In this document: positions 25,659 to 36,257 of the stretch, piece by piece
Numbering within the stretch: position 1 is the first letter of the stretch
Layout: every line of letters begins with the position of its first letter
Assembly (NCBI GenBank): GCA_049516255.1
Contig: JBEKTH010000014.1
Coordinates: forward strand, 4,726 to 68,725
Direction of reading: 5' to 3'
Source: Verrucomicrobiota bacterium
GTDB taxonomy: Bacteria; Verrucomicrobiota; Verrucomicrobiia; Limisphaerales; UBA11358
DNA length: 64,000 nucleotides
Position numbers and translations under genes: made by a program
The notes under the pieces: model-generated
What the model was told of the DNA's origin: nothing
The model's database searches: none
The model's input: the letters and a program-made list of their open reading frames with translations, nothing else

Positions 25659-26843
25659 TCACCACGCCTCCACCGGACCCTTGGGCACGGGAATCTGTTG
25701 GTGTTGAGCAGCGGCGGGTTCGTCGCGCATGAAGGAGGCGACCATTGGCGGCGGCCGGAAGCGCGGTAGCAATTCACCGTTCGCATCAAGGAATGGTTGC
25801 CGCCAGCGGATGTAGTTTTCCAGCACGTCGCGGAATTCGGAGCGCGTGGAGATTTGCACGGCGCGTTTGTTGAATTCGTGGCCCGGGCCGAATCGTTTGG
25901 CATACCACGGCGCGACCTTGCGGAACATCCGGCAGCCCAGTGGTTCGCCAAACACTTCGATCATCAGGTCCAGATGCCGGCACATTACGCGCACGCGCTC
26001 GGCGAAAGTGGGTTCGGATGGCAATTCGCCGTTGTTCGAGGTGGGGCGCGTCACTCCGTGCGCGCCGGTGTCCGTATTTGGATGAGCGGCGGGCTGCGGA
26101 GAACCCGCCCTACCCAGATATGCCAGCGTGTGCTGGAAAATCCACGGGTTGTAAAACGCACCGCGGCCGATGCTCACACCGGCACAGCCGGTTTCGTCAA
26201 ACATTTTTCGTGCGGCCTGCGGCGTGATGATGTCGCCGTTGCCGATGACCGGAATATGTCTGACGGCCTGCGCGACGGCGCGGATGCCGGCGAGGTTCAC
26301 CGTGCCGCTGAACCCCTGTTCGCGCGTCCGGCCGTGAACAAAAATCGCGGCGACCCCGGCGTCTTCGAGCGCGCGCGCCAGCTCCGGCGCGGTGAGGTTC
26401 TGATCGTCCCAGCCGAGGCGCATTTTGGCCGTGACGGGAATTTTCACGGCGTTGACCATGCCGCGGACGAGCGCGGCGGTTTTGGCCAGTTCGGTCATCA
26501 TGGCCGAGCCGCCACCGACCTGGCAGACCTTGCGGACGGGACAGCCCATGTTGATGTCCACCGACGCGATGTCACGTGCTTCAAGCATTTGCGCGGCGTC
26601 GCGCATTTCCCCGGGCACGGACCCGAAAAGCTGGACGGCCAGGGGCGAATCGGCGGGGTGGGTTTCGATGAGTTTGAACGCCCGGGGATTTTTTTCGAGG
26701 AGCGAGCGGGCGTTGACCAAATCGGTGGTGCAGAGGCCGACGCCGCCAATTTCGCGCACGACCAGGCGGAAGGGCAGGTTGGTGTAACCTGCCAGCGGCG
26801 AAAGAAACAGATTGGACGGCAACGTCAGCGACCCGATGCGCAT
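25659..26843 (-). CDS. dus: tRNA-dihydrouridine synthase
   Basis: LSPLAGYTNLPFRLVVRE, VDINMGCPVRKV (catalytic Cys), KMRLGWD and VHGRTREQ. The start is set at the ATG at 26843 (MRIGSL). Confidence 0.9.
   Translation of the reverse strand: MRIGSLTLPSNLFLSPLAGYTNLPFRLVVREIGGVGLCTTDLVNARSLLEKNPRAFKLIETHPADSPLAVQLFGSVPGEMRDAAQMLEARDIASVDINMGCPVRKVCQVGGGSAMMTELAKTAALVRGMVNAVKIPVTAKMRLGWDDQNLTAPELARALEDAGVAAIFVHGRTREQGFSGTVNLAGIRAVAQAVRHIPVIGNGDIITPQAARKMFDETGCAGVSIGRGAFYNPWIFQHTLAYLGRAGSPQPAAHPNTDTGAHGVTRPTSNNGELPSEPTFAERVRVMCRHLDLMIEVFGEPLGCRMFRKVAPWYAKRFGPGHEFNKRAVQISTRSEFRDVLENYIRWRQPFLDANGELLPRFRPPPMVASFMRDEPAAAQHQQIPVPKGPVEAW
26043..26115. repeat. Intragenic REP (gggcgcgtcactccgtgcgcgcc ... 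cccgccctacc family) in-frame in dus
   Basis: It shares a 23-nt core and a terminal cccgccctacc with 35427-35482, and encodes [25 protein letters not shown]. Confidence 0.8.
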
Positions 26844-26929
26844 GGCGAGAGGATAGCACAGGTGATTCCGCATTGCAGAGAAAAGCGAATTCGCGCATTG
26901 CGGAAGCCGGAGGGTCATGTTAGCTTGCC

Positions 26930-28987
26930 ATGCCAAAGTACGAAAATATGTTCGGCGAAGACCAAAACAACAAAGAGAACGACCGCGGCCAAAAGAAGCC
27001 GCCGGGCGGTTTCAAACTGCCACCGACGACGTGGGTGGCGTGGATTGCCATCATCGGCAGCATCGTGGCGTTGATGCTGTTGCGCGACCGTATGTCGACG
27101 CAGGTTGGCAACCTGTCGCAATATGAATTTTTCCAGAAGTTCCAGTCCAATCTGATTTCGCAGGCGACGGTCAGTTTCAACCCGCAGACGGCGCCGCTGA
27201 CGGAAATCACCGGTTCCTATTATGCGACCGACAAGGACGGCAAACGGGTGGAAGTGCCGTTTGTGGTCAAGAACGCGTATTTGACCCAGACCAAGCAGGA
27301 TCAGTTGTTCTCCTCGGACAAATCGGACCGAATTGACGCGAGCCAGCCGAACACCATGTTGATGAGCGTCGTCTGGAGCATTGCGCCATTTTTGCTGATT
27401 GGCATTCTGTTTTGGTTCTTTTTCATCCGGCAGATCAAAATTGCCGGCAAGGGCGCGCTGAGTTTTGGCAAAAGCAAGGCCCGGATGCTGGCGAAGGACC
27501 GCAACAAAACGACGTTCAAGGACGTGGCCGGGGTGGAAGAGGCCATCGAGGAGGTCTCCGAACTGGTGGAATTTTTGAAGGACCCGAAAAAGTTCCAGCG
27601 GCTCGGCGGGCGCATTCCCAAGGGCGTTCTGATGGTGGGCGCGCCGGGGACGGGCAAGACCCTGCTGGCCAAGGCGATTGCCGGCGAGGCGGACGCGGCT
27701 TTTTTCAGCATCAGCGGTTCGGACTTTGTGGAAATGTTTGTCGGTGTCGGCGCCAGCCGCGTGCGCGACATGTTTGAACAGGCGCGCCGCAACACGCCGT
27801 GTCTGGTTTTTATTGATGAAATTGACGCCGTCGGACGCAGTCGCGGGCATGGTCTCGGCGGCGGCAACGACGAACGCGAACAAACGCTCAACGCCTTGCT
27901 CGTCGAGATGGACGGTTTCGATACCCAGGAAGGCATCATCATCATCGCCGCAACCAACCGGCCGGACGTGCTCGACCCGGCCTTGTTGCGTCCGGGCCGG
28001 TTCGACCGGCAGGTGGTGGTCAATCTGCCCGACGTGCGCGGGCGCGAGGCGATTTTGAAGGTGCACGCCAAGAACGTGAAACTCGCGCCCGAGGCGGATT
28101 TATCCATCATCGCGCGCGGCACGCCGGGTTACTCGGGCGCGGAGCTGGCCAATCTATTGAACGAAGCCGCCTTGCTCGCCGCGCGGACGAACAAAAAATC
28201 CGTTGGCATGGAAGAGCTGGAAGAGGCGCGCGACAAGGTTCGTTGGGGCCGTGAACGCCGCAGCCTGGCCATGACCGCCGAGGAGAAGAAATTCACGGCC
28301 TGGCATGAGGCGGGCCATGCGCTGGTGAACGTGGTGCTGGAACACACCCATCCCTTGCACAAGGTCACGATCATTCCCCGCGGACAGTCGCTGGGTTCGA
28401 CGATGCAGTTGCCCGAAAAGGACATCTTAAACCGCCGCCGCAAGGAGATGTTTGACGATCTCGCCGTGACCATGGCCGGGCGCATTGCCGAGGAAGTGGT
28501 TTCGGGCGACATTTCGACGGGCGCGGCCATGGACATCCAGCAGGCCACCAATCTGGCGCGCGCGATGGTTTGCCAGTACGGCATGAGCGACAAGGTCGGC
28601 ATGGTGCAATACGGCAGTGACGACGAGTATGTCTTCCTGGGTCGGGAAATGGCGCGCACGAAGGTTTACAGCGAAACCACGGCGAGCGAGATTGACGAGG
28701 AAATCAAGCGCCTCATTGATGAGGGTTACAAACGGGCTCAGGACATCATTCTGACCCACCGTGACAAGCTGGAATTAATCGCTAATGCCCTGCTGGAGCA
28801 TGAAACGCTCGATCGGACACAGGTTGAGGACATCGTCAAAACCGGGAAGTTCACGCCACCGCCGCCAAAACCTCAAAATGGAACGCTGATGGGTGCGCCG
28901 GCCGGCACGCCCCTGCCGGAAACACCGCCCAAGCCCGCACCGCCCAAATTGCCGGGGTTGGGAACACCCGCGCCTGCGGCGGTTTGA
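26930..28987 (+). CDS. ftsH: ATP-dependent zinc metalloprotease FtsH
   Basis: Walker [14 protein letters not shown], Walker [33 protein letters not shown], and the zinc site [10 protein letters not shown]. Confidence 0.97.
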   Translation: MPKYENMFGEDQNNKENDRGQKKPPGGFKLPPTTWVAWIAIIGSIVALMLLRDRMSTQVGNLSQYEFFQKFQSNLISQATVSFNPQTAPLTEITGSYYATDKDGKRVEVPFVVKNAYLTQTKQDQLFSSDKSDRIDASQPNTMLMSVVWSIAPFLLIGILFWFFFIRQIKIAGKGALSFGKSKARMLAKDRNKTTFKDVAGVEEAIEEVSELVEFLKDPKKFQRLGGRIPKGVLMVGAPGTGKTLLAKAIAGEADAAFFSISGSDFVEMFVGVGASRVRDMFEQARRNTPCLVFIDEIDAVGRSRGHGLGGGNDEREQTLNALLVEMDGFDTQEGIIIIAATNRPDVLDPALLRPGRFDRQVVVNLPDVRGREAILKVHAKNVKLAPEADLSIIARGTPGYSGAELANLLNEAALLAARTNKKSVGMEELEEARDKVRWGRERRSLAMTAEEKKFTAWHEAGHALVNVVLEHTHPLHKVTIIPRGQSLGSTMQLPEKDILNRRRKEMFDDLAVTMAGRIAEEVVSGDISTGAAMDIQQATNLARAMVCQYGMSDKVGMVQYGSDDEYVFLGREMARTKVYSETTASEIDEEIKRLIDEGYKRAQDIILTHRDKLELIANALLEHETLDRTQVEDIVKTGKFTPPPPKPQNGTLMGAPAGTPLPETPPKPAPPKLPGLGTPAPAAV

Positions 28988-28996
28988 GCCATTCAA

Positions 28997-29704
28997 TCAA
29001 TCACCAGGAGGTTCCAGCACCACGCGGAACCCGTAATCGTTTTTGGTTTTTTCGGGGGCCGAGTACTCACGAAATTCGACGCGGGCGTTGATGTCAATGT
29101 ACGTGTCCCAGGCCCCGCCCCGTAAAACCCGATAGGGTTTGTCCTGCGGATCGAGGCACCATTCCATGACATTGCCACGCATGTCGTAGAGACCGTAACG
29201 GTTCGCCCCCAGACTGCCGACGGACTCGGTGGAGGAATGGCGTTGTCCGTTCAAGCTCATCACGGCATCGCTCGAGGAAGCATCGTCCACGAGTTTTTCC
29301 CATTGCGTCTGGGTCGGCAGGGTGTAGACGAAACCTCTCGGCAGTTGGTCTGCCTTACGTTCGGTGTCAGTCAATTTTTTACAGAAGGCCATGGCGTCGT
29401 TCCAGGTCGCCGAATCCACCGGATGATCCGAACCTGCGAAAGCGCTGGGATTGCTGCCCATCACTCGTTGATAGGCGTCCTGCGTCACTTCATACATCCC
29501 GACCCACTCGGTCGAGGAGATTTTCACCAGCACCACGCCGACGGTGTTGGTGATTTGATCGTTTGCGGCCATCAAATCCTTGAGGGTGGGCGCCGCGTTG
29601 GTGTCGCTGTCTGAAGTGGTGGTGTCCTGCGCTCGGCTGGGAACCGGCCGGAAAGCCAGCAGGGCCAGGACTAAAAGTGTCAAAATTCTCCGGTCTATTT
29701 TCAT
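28997..29704 (-). CDS. Formylglycine-generating-enzyme (SUMF1/FGE-sulfatase) family protein, secreted
   Basis: YEVTQDAYQRVMG, HPVDSATWNDAMAFCKKL, NRYGLYDMRGNVMEWCLD and RVLRGGAW. The start is set at the ATG at 29704 (MKIDRRILTLLVLALLAF). Confidence 0.85.
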   Translation of the reverse strand: MKIDRRILTLLVLALLAFRPVPSRAQDTTTSDSDTNAAPTLKDLMAANDQITNTVGVVLVKISSTEWVGMYEVTQDAYQRVMGSNPSAFAGSDHPVDSATWNDAMAFCKKLTDTERKADQLPRGFVYTLPTQTQWEKLVDDASSSDAVMSLNGQRHSSTESVGSLGANRYGLYDMRGNVMEWCLDPQDKPYRVLRGGAWDTYIDINARVEFREYSAPEKTKNDYGFRVVLEPPGD

Positions 29705-29761
29705 AAGGCAAACAAGGCTTGTGGTTGACAATCAACAGGCAACACAGCAAGCCACATGCCG

Positions 29762-30286
29762 TTACGGAGCGTTTTGGAGGTTCTTCAGGTCTTCCGCCAA
29801 AAAACGGGTCACGTCCTTGAAACGCATAACGTTATCGGGATTCATCGCCATGAGCGACTGATGCGCTTCGAGACAGGTGCGGCTGATTTGTTCGCGGGTC
29901 GGGTTCAAGGAATCCGGCGTCTGGGTCTGAACGTCCCCGGGCAGTTGCAAGGTTCCCTTCGTGATTGTAAATAGATGCAACGCCCCCAGATTTTCGAGCA
30001 GGTCCACCAGGCGCGGACTGGGATTCAACAATTCAATGCCGTGCTGGTCCGTGGTGGCTGCCTGGTTCAACTTCAGGCCAAAGCCGGCCAGGAGGCCCAG
30101 GAAGGTGCTGTCCATGAGCACGCATTCCGACAGGTCAATGATGAAACGGTCGTACCCCTTGGCAGCCAGCCCGGTCAGCAGGCTCTTGAAATCGGGGCCA
30201 TAGGTGAAATTGGCCCGGCCCACAATTTTCACGCACACAAAATTCTTGCATGCCAGCACCAACATTTTTGCCGAAGGCGTGGTCAT
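29762..30286 (-). CDS. STAS-domain protein (anti-sigma-factor-antagonist-like) with C-terminal extension
   Basis: VKIVGRANFTYGPDFKSLL...DRFIIDLSECVLMDSTFLGLLAGF is a typical STAS/SpoIIAA-like pattern. Confidence 0.65.
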   Translation of the reverse strand: MTTPSAKMLVLACKNFVCVKIVGRANFTYGPDFKSLLTGLAAKGYDRFIIDLSECVLMDSTFLGLLAGFGLKLNQAATTDQHGIELLNPSPRLVDLLENLGALHLFTITKGTLQLPGDVQTQTPDSLNPTREQISRTCLEAHQSLMAMNPDNVMRFKDVTRFLAEDLKNLQNAP

Positions 30287-30310
30287 TTTTCGAAAAAATC
30301 CTTTTAACGG

Positions 30311-31450
30311 TCACGCCAACGCCGCGGTCGGCGTGACGATCTGCACCAGGGTTTGTTGCAGGACGAGCGTTTCATCGAGGCCGCTGGAAACCAGCCGCTG
30401 GTTGCAGCGCAACAACAAATCCATGGCCCGCACCAGTTCCGCCTCGGAATAGTGTTTCACCTGCGGCAGCGCCTTGTAAAGCACGTACGGGTTCAAGGCC
30501 AGCGGATTGAACCGCCGGTCGCCGGGCAACTGGTCCGCCGGCACCCGCTGGAGTTGAGCCTTGAACCGATTGTAATCCATCTCGGGCTTGATCCAGCCTT
30601 CGCGCAGCATCTCCTTCAACAACAACATCGCACGCACCTTGGCGATCAACCCGTACAGCAGGCCGATTTCCGATTTTTTGGAATCGAACTTCACCTCCCA
30701 CAACTCCTCGTCCAGCCGCCGCAACAAGCGGGGCAAATCACGGTCTCCCAGGGCGTCCCCCAGCGCAAACGCCCGTGCCGTCTTGTTCCGGGCGCACACC
30801 GCATTGACGTCGCCGGCTTCAATTTGCCTCCGATCGCCGGCAAACAGGCAGAGTTTTTCGATTTCATTGTCAAGCTGGCGCGGGTTGGGCCCGATGCGGC
30901 TGACCAGTTCGGCCACCGCTTCGTCGGAAATTTCCTTTTTTCGGTCACGCACGGCGGTTCGCGCCGTGACCTCCGCGCGGTCCGCCCAGTCGCGGTCGTC
31001 TGCCGACCAGCCCGCGAGGCTTTCGACCGAGCCGATTTTATCGAGTGTCTTGAAGAAGGTTTTGCGTTTGTCCACCCTGCCCGCGCTGATCAAAAGCCGG
31101 ATGCCGCGATTGCTCGACCACGCAAAGGCCTTCAATTCCCCGGCCAGATCAGACAGTGACTCGGTGACCATCTGGGCGGACGCCACCCGTTCCTCGCCCA
31201 GAAAATTGCAGTCCCGCAGCCAGATGACCTTGCCTGTGCCAAAAAAAGGCAGGGTTTGGAGGGCTTCGCGCAGCCGGGCGATGGCGGCCATGGCTTCACC
31301 GCTGTTGGCCACGGCGGCTTCGATGATTTCATGGTCCATGCCCCCGATTTCCCCGCACCACTGCTGGTAGAGTTGTTTGGCGCGTCGTTTTACGGCGAAC
31401 TCGTCGTCACCGCAAATGAGGGCCGGCGATGAAGTCTGGACGGCGGCCAT
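30311..31450 (-). CDS. holA: DNA polymerase III subunit delta
   Basis: About 380 aa with LICGDDEF, LPFFGTGKVIWLRD, LDNEIEKLCLFAG and a C-terminal helical domain. The size and pattern fit HolA. Confidence 0.8.
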   Translation of the reverse strand: MAAVQTSSPALICGDDEFAVKRRAKQLYQQWCGEIGGMDHEIIEAAVANSGEAMAAIARLREALQTLPFFGTGKVIWLRDCNFLGEERVASAQMVTESLSDLAGELKAFAWSSNRGIRLLISAGRVDKRKTFFKTLDKIGSVESLAGWSADDRDWADRAEVTARTAVRDRKKEISDEAVAELVSRIGPNPRQLDNEIEKLCLFAGDRRQIEAGDVNAVCARNKTARAFALGDALGDRDLPRLLRRLDEELWEVKFDSKKSEIGLLYGLIAKVRAMLLLKEMLREGWIKPEMDYNRFKAQLQRVPADQLPGDRRFNPLALNPYVLYKALPQVKHYSEAELVRAMDLLLRCNQRLVSSGLDETLVLQQTLVQIVTPTAALA

Positions 31451-31451
31451 T

Positions 31452-31904
31452 TTACTCCGCCTCGCTGCCGGTTTCGTTGATTCGATTCAACACTTCGCTC
31501 ATGTCCTCGACCTGCTCAAAGAGGGAGGCGGCCACAAAGATCGGTTTTTTCTGGGCGGCGGCGAGGGCCAGGCAGTCGCTGGGGCGCGCGTCGAGCTCCA
31601 CGATTTTCCGGGCCAGCTCGTTTTGCTGCTGCAGAATCAACCGGGCAAAGTAGGTCGAATTTTTCAAGTCCGTGATGACCACGCGTTCCACCGTGATGCC
31701 AAAACCTTGAAACATCCGGTTGATGAGGTCATGGGTGAGAGGGCGTTCTTTCGGGGTCTGCCGCAGGAACATGCCGATGACCGCCCCCATTTGCGGCTCG
31801 ACGTTGATGACAAAAACCTTCTGGTCGTTGCCGACAAAAAGCGCACAACCGCTGTTGGCCGGGATGATTCCGCGAATCTGAACTGCCACAACGTCCTGCT
31901 TCAT
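31452..31904 (-). CDS. Bifunctional nuclease family protein (DUF151/BFN)
   Basis: ALFVGNDQKVFVINVEPQMGAVI...ERPLTHDLI...ITDLKNSTYFARL...LDARPSDCLALA is the typical BFN pattern. Confidence 0.85.
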   Translation of the reverse strand: MKQDVVAVQIRGIIPANSGCALFVGNDQKVFVINVEPQMGAVIGMFLRQTPKERPLTHDLINRMFQGFGITVERVVITDLKNSTYFARLILQQQNELARKIVELDARPSDCLALAAAQKKPIFVAASLFEQVEDMSEVLNRINETGSEAE

Positions 31905-31951
31905 GCCTTCAATTTAGGCCGAATCGCGCGAAAAACAAGTCCGGCTTTGAG

Positions 31952-32200
31952 TCAACCCGGCGGTGGCAGTTCCACGGGTTTTGTCAGGAAACGGTTCTTG
32001 ATGAACGTCCGGTAACAGGCGTCCTTCCGCGGAGCCTTCAGCAGGCCTTCAACACGGAAACCCGGCACGTTGTCGAAGTCCAGCGCGGGCGCATGCCGGA
32101 ATCGAATGTAAAGCTGCCGGCTTTTGGGCACGTAACCGATGGCCTCGAACAAATCGGCGTCCACCCGCACCATTTTTAAGGGTTGCATAAAGGTCGCCAT
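31952..32200 (-). CDS. KTSC domain protein
   Basis: VDADLFEAIGYVPKSRQLYIRFRH..ALDFDNVP resembles the KTSC pattern. The ATG at 32200 is preceded by aaggaaagtc. Longer ORF-track starts would overlap metH. Confidence 0.6.
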   Translation of the reverse strand: MATFMQPLKMVRVDADLFEAIGYVPKSRQLYIRFRHAPALDFDNVPGFRVEGLLKAPRKDACYRTFIKNRFLTKPVELPPPG

Positions 32201-32238
32201 GACTTTCCTTTTGCTGAGCCCGGCCATTTTTAGCGTTT

Positions 32239-35200
32239 TTACCCGTGCCGTACACCACACGCGCAAGGCGCCGGCGAACCGGTCGCAACCGCCGGTGGCT
32301 CATAATTCAACCACGGCCCCAGCCACCGCTCAACTTCCTGCAAAGTCAGGCCTTTGCGCAGGTGATAATCCAGTACCTGTTCGCGGCCGAGTTTGCCGAC
32401 CGCGAAGTATTTGGATTCGGGGTGTGCGAAATACAGCCCGCTCACCGAACTGCCCGGCCACATGGCAAAGCTTTCCGTCAACTGGATGCCGGTGTGCTTT
32501 TCCACATCGAGCAGTTTCCAGAGAATTCCCTTTTCCGTGTGGTCGGGACAGGCCGGATAACCCGCCGCCGGCCGGATGCCGCGGTATTTTTCCGCAACCA
32601 GATCATCGGTGGAAAGATTTTCATTCCGGCCGTAGCCCCATTCCCCGCGGACGCGCCGGTGCAGGAACTCCGCGAACGCCTCGGCCAGCCGGTCCGCCAG
32701 CGCCTCCGCCAGGATGGCGTTGTAGTCATCATGGTCCGCCTTGTACTTCTCGACCAGCTCCTTCAATCCATGCCCGCTGGTGACGGCAAAGGCGCCCAAA
32801 TGATCATTCGATGTTGAATGTTGAATGTTGAACGTTGAATGTTTCGGCGCGATAAAATCCGCCAGACACCAGTTGGGCGTGCCGTCCGTTTTTTCAATCT
32901 GCTGGCGCAGAAAATGGAACGTCGTCAGGACCTTCGTGCGCGATTCATCCGGGTAAAGTTCCACGTCGTCGCCAACGCGATTGGCCGGGAACAAGCCGTA
33001 AACGCCGCGCGGCTGGAGTAATTTTCCGGAGACGATTTTTTCCAGCAATTCCTGCGCGTCAGCAAAGAGTTTGCGCGCTTCCTCGCCGTGCTTTTCATGT
33101 TGCAGGATTTTCGGGTAAACCCCGCGCAACTCCCAGGTGTGGAAGAACGGGGTCCAGTCGATCAGCGGGACCAGCTCCGAGAGGGTGACGCGGGCGGAAT
33201 GCTGGGTGTTGAGGGTGGTGGTTTCCGATGACAAGGCGCGAATCCCGACAAATTCCGGCTTTGGCAAATCGTCGAAACTCAATTTTGGGGCACGGGCGCG
33301 GGCTTCCCCGAGGGTGACCAATTTTGCGCTTTGCCCGGCATGTTGGGCGCGGACGCGGTCGTAGTCCTCGCGAATCTGTTGAACGAATCCGGGCTTCTGT
33401 CCGGCGCTGATTAGGCTGCCGACCACCGGCACGGCGCGCGAGGCGTCGAGGACATGGACCACCGGCTCACGGTAACCGGGTGCAATTTTCACCGCCGTGT
33501 GTGCCTTGCTTGTGGTCGCGCCGCCAATCAGCAGCGGCAGCTTCAATCCCTGCCGGTCCAGCTCACGCGCCACGTGCGCCATTTCATCCAGCGACGGCGT
33601 GATGAGCCCGCTCAGGCCGATGATGTCAACGTGCTGTTCGAGTGCCGTGGCGATGATTTTTTCGCACGGCGCCATCACCCCGAGGTCGATGACCTCGTAG
33701 TTGTTGCAGGCGAGCACGACGCCGACAATATTCTTGCCGATGTCATGCACGTCGCCCTTCACGGTGGCCATGAGGATTTTTCCGGCATTTTTATGCACGC
33801 CGCCGGTGGCCCGCTTTTCCGCTTCCATGAATGGTTGCAGATAAGCCACGGCTTTCTTCATCACGCGCGCGGATTTGACGACCTGCGGCAAAAACATCTT
33901 GCCGGAACCAAACAGATCGCCGACCACGCTCATGCCGGCCATGAGCGGGCCTTCGATGACCAGCAGCGGTTTGCCGTATTTCTGGCGCGCTTCCTCGATG
34001 TCCAGGTCAATGAACTCTGCGATGCCCTTGACCAGGGCGTGGCTGAGCCGTTCCTCGACCGTGCCCTGGCGCCATTCATCGGCGACGACCTCGGCCTTGC
34101 CCTTTTGCTTCACGGACTCGGCAAATTTGATGAGCCGTTCGGTGGCGTCCGGGCGGCGGTTCAGCAGCACGTCTTCGACGAGCTCCAGCAAATCCTTCGG
34201 CACCTCGTCGTAAACGGCGAGCTGGCCGGCATTGACGATGCCCATGTCGAGTCCGGCGCGGATGGCGTGGTACAGGAACGCCGAGTGCATCGCCTCGCGC
34301 ACAGCGTTGTTGCCGCGGAACGAAAACGAGACGTTGCTGATGCCGCCGCTGACCTTGGCCCGCGGCAGGTGGTCCTTGATCCATCTCGTCGCCCGGATGA
34401 AATCCACGGCGTAATTCGCATGTTCCTCCATGCCGGTGCCGACGGTCAGCACGTTCGGATCAAAAATGATGTCCTGCGGCGGAAAGCCGGCCTTTTGTGT
34501 CAGCAAATCGTAGGCGCGCTGGCAGACGGCAATGCGCCGCTCGAACGAGTCGGCCTGGCCGCGCTCGTCGAACGCCATCACCACCACGGCCGCGCCGTGG
34601 TGGCGGACCAGCCGGGCCTGATGCAGAAATTTTTCCTCGCCTTCCTTGAGCGAAATGGAGTTCACGATGCCCTTGCCTTGCAGGCATTTCAACCCGGCCT
34701 CAATGACCTCCCATTTCGAGGAGTCCACCATCACCGGCACCTTGCAAATGTCCGGCTCGGAGGCGATGAGGTTGAGAAAGCGAGTCATCGCCGCGACACC
34801 GTCGATCATTCCCTCGTCCATGCAGACGTCAATCACCTGCGCGCCGTTCTCGACCTGCTGGCGCGCCACGGCCAGCGCCGCCTCGAAGTCGCCGGCCTTG
34901 ATGAGCTGGGCGAATTTGGGCGAACCGGCCACATTGGTGCGCTCGCCGATGTTCAGGAAATTGGAATCGGGCCGGACGGTGAGCGCATCCAGTCCGCTCA
35001 AACGCAGATACGGTTCGATCTTCGGCGGCACCCGCGGCGGCAGGTTTTTTACCGCGGCGGCAATGGCCTGGATATGGTCGGGCGTGGTGCCGCAGCAGCC
35101 GCCCACGATGTTCAGCCAGCCGTTCTGCGCCCATTCGCGAAGCTGCGGCGCGAGCGTTTCCGGTGTTTCCGGAAAACCGGTCGGCAGCAGCGGATTCGGC

Positions 35201-36111
35201 AAACCGGCGTTGGGATACGCGCTGACGTAAATGGGCGCGAGGCCGGAAAGCTCCTCGATGAGCGGACGCAATTCCTTCGGGCCGAGCGCGCAGTTCATGC
35301 CCACGGAGAGCAGGGGAACATTCGAGATGGAATTCCAGAAGGCCTCGACCGTCTGGCCGGTCACACCGCGATTGCTGCCGGCCTGGATGAACGTGACCGA
35401 CGCGAGAATGGGAACGCGCACTTGGCAGGGCGCGTCACTCCGTGCGCGCCGCTCGGCGGGCAGGGGACTGCCCGCCCTACCTTCAATTGTTTGAATTCCC
35501 CGCTCTTCCAGGATTTTCTGAATGGCGAAAAACGCCGCCTTCGCGTTCAGCGTGTCGAAGATGGTTTCCACCAGCAGCAAATCCACGCCGCCGTCGAGCA
35601 GGCCGCGGACCTGTTCACCATAGGCCGTGACCAGGTCATCGAACGTCGTTCCCCGCGCGCCGGAATTGTTCACGTCGGTGGAGATGGACGAGGTTTTGGT
35701 CGTCGGCCCGATGGCGCCGGCGACGAAGCCGACCCGGCCGGGTTGGGTCTGTTCAATTTGGTCCACCGCGCGCCGCGCGCATTCCGCGCCGGCCTTCGAC
35801 AATTCATAAGCCAGCGATTCCAGCCCGTAATCCGCCAGCGAGATGGATTGCGAGTTGAAGGTGTTCGTTTCGACAATGTCCGCGCCGGCCTCGAGATACT
35901 GGCGATGGATGTCCTCGACGATGTGCGGCTGCGTCAGGTTGAGCAGGTCATTAAGGCCCTTTAGGTCCTTCCCGCGCCAATCCGTGAACCGCGCGCCGCG
36001 AAAGGCCGCCTCATCCAGCCGGTGCTGCTGGATCATCGTGCCCGTCGCGCCGTCCAGGATGACGATGCGTTCGCGCAACAGACGCTCAAGATGTTCAATT
36101 CGGTCCGGCAT
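32239..36111 (-). CDS. metH: Cobalamin-dependent methionine synthase
   Basis: All modules are present: Hcy-binding ([17 protein letters not shown]), pterin-binding, B12-binding ([11 protein letters not shown]) and AdoMet activation ([19 protein letters not shown]). It is 1290 aa and contains in-frame repeat insertions. Confidence 0.97.
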   Translation of the reverse strand: MPDRIEHLERLLRERIVILDGATGTMIQQHRLDEAAFRGARFTDWRGKDLKGLNDLLNLTQPHIVEDIHRQYLEAGADIVETNTFNSQSISLADYGLESLAYELSKAGAECARRAVDQIEQTQPGRVGFVAGAIGPTTKTSSISTDVNNSGARGTTFDDLVTAYGEQVRGLLDGGVDLLLVETIFDTLNAKAAFFAIQKILEERGIQTIEGRAGSPLPAERRARSDAPCQVRVPILASVTFIQAGSNRGVTGQTVEAFWNSISNVPLLSVGMNCALGPKELRPLIEELSGLAPIYVSAYPNAGLPNPLLPTGFPETPETLAPQLREWAQNGWLNIVGGCCGTTPDHIQAIAAAVKNLPPRVPPKIEPYLRLSGLDALTVRPDSNFLNIGERTNVAGSPKFAQLIKAGDFEAALAVARQQVENGAQVIDVCMDEGMIDGVAAMTRFLNLIASEPDICKVPVMVDSSKWEVIEAGLKCLQGKGIVNSISLKEGEEKFLHQARLVRHHGAAVVVMAFDERGQADSFERRIAVCQRAYDLLTQKAGFPPQDIIFDPNVLTVGTGMEEHANYAVDFIRATRWIKDHLPRAKVSGGISNVSFSFRGNNAVREAMHSAFLYHAIRAGLDMGIVNAGQLAVYDEVPKDLLELVEDVLLNRRPDATERLIKFAESVKQKGKAEVVADEWRQGTVEERLSHALVKGIAEFIDLDIEEARQKYGKPLLVIEGPLMAGMSVVGDLFGSGKMFLPQVVKSARVMKKAVAYLQPFMEAEKRATGGVHKNAGKILMATVKGDVHDIGKNIVGVVLACNNYEVIDLGVMAPCEKIIATALEQHVDIIGLSGLITPSLDEMAHVARELDRQGLKLPLLIGGATTSKAHTAVKIAPGYREPVVHVLDASRAVPVVGSLISAGQKPGFVQQIREDYDRVRAQHAGQSAKLVTLGEARARAPKLSFDDLPKPEFVGIRALSSETTTLNTQHSARVTLSELVPLIDWTPFFHTWELRGVYPKILQHEKHGEEARKLFADAQELLEKIVSGKLLQPRGVYGLFPANRVGDDVELYPDESRTKVLTTFHFLRQQIEKTDGTPNWCLADFIAPKHSTFNIQHSTSNDHLGAFAVTSGHGLKELVEKYKADHDDYNAILAEALADRLAEAFAEFLHRRVRGEWGYGRNENLSTDDLVAEKYRGIRPAAGYPACPDHTEKGILWKLLDVEKHTGIQLTESFAMWPGSSVSGLYFAHPESKYFAVGKLGREQVLDYHLRKGLTLQEVERWLGPWLNYEPPAVATGSPAPCACGVRHG
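32806..32843. repeat. Intragenic TTCAAC-type repeat in-frame in metH
   Basis: cattcgatgttgaatgttgaatgttgaacgttgaatgtt encodes [12 protein letters not shown]. Same family as 1181-1216, 8256-8283 and 8480-8535. Confidence 0.85.
35427..35482. repeat. Intragenic REP (gggcgcgtcactccgtgcgcgcc ... gcccgccctacc family) in-frame in metH
   Basis: agggcgcgtcactccgtgcgcgccgctcggcgggcaggggactgcccgccctacct encodes [18 protein letters not shown]. Confidence 0.85.
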
Positions 36112-36165
36112 TGGTTGGCTGCAGATTAACCCGCCAGAAACTAACGGAAAGCGCCCTGTTGTGCA

Positions 36166-36196
36166 AATTAAAAATCAACGTATCATGATGCGTTGA
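36166..36196 (-). terminator. Rho-independent terminator downstream of the TauE-family gene
   Basis: On the minus strand, atcaacg catcatgata cgttgat is followed by tttttaattt. Confidence 0.65.
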
Positions 36197-36257
36197 TATT
36201 TATATTATTGACCTGATCGGTCGCCGGTGCCGGCTGGGCCGATTTGCGGCCTGGCGG

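Noticed and set aside
25797-28122. Long ORFs 25797..27074 (+), 26915..28066 (-) and 27301..28122 (-)
   Set aside because: They are antisense to dus and ftsH respectively. They have low-complexity composition and no motifs, whereas the opposite-strand genes are unambiguous.
33454-35964. 836-aa ORF on the plus strand
   Set aside because: It is entirely antisense to metH, which has full-length, motif-by-motif homology. The product is Arg/Ala/Gly-rich with no recognisable domain, which is the typical shadow ORF of high-GC DNA.
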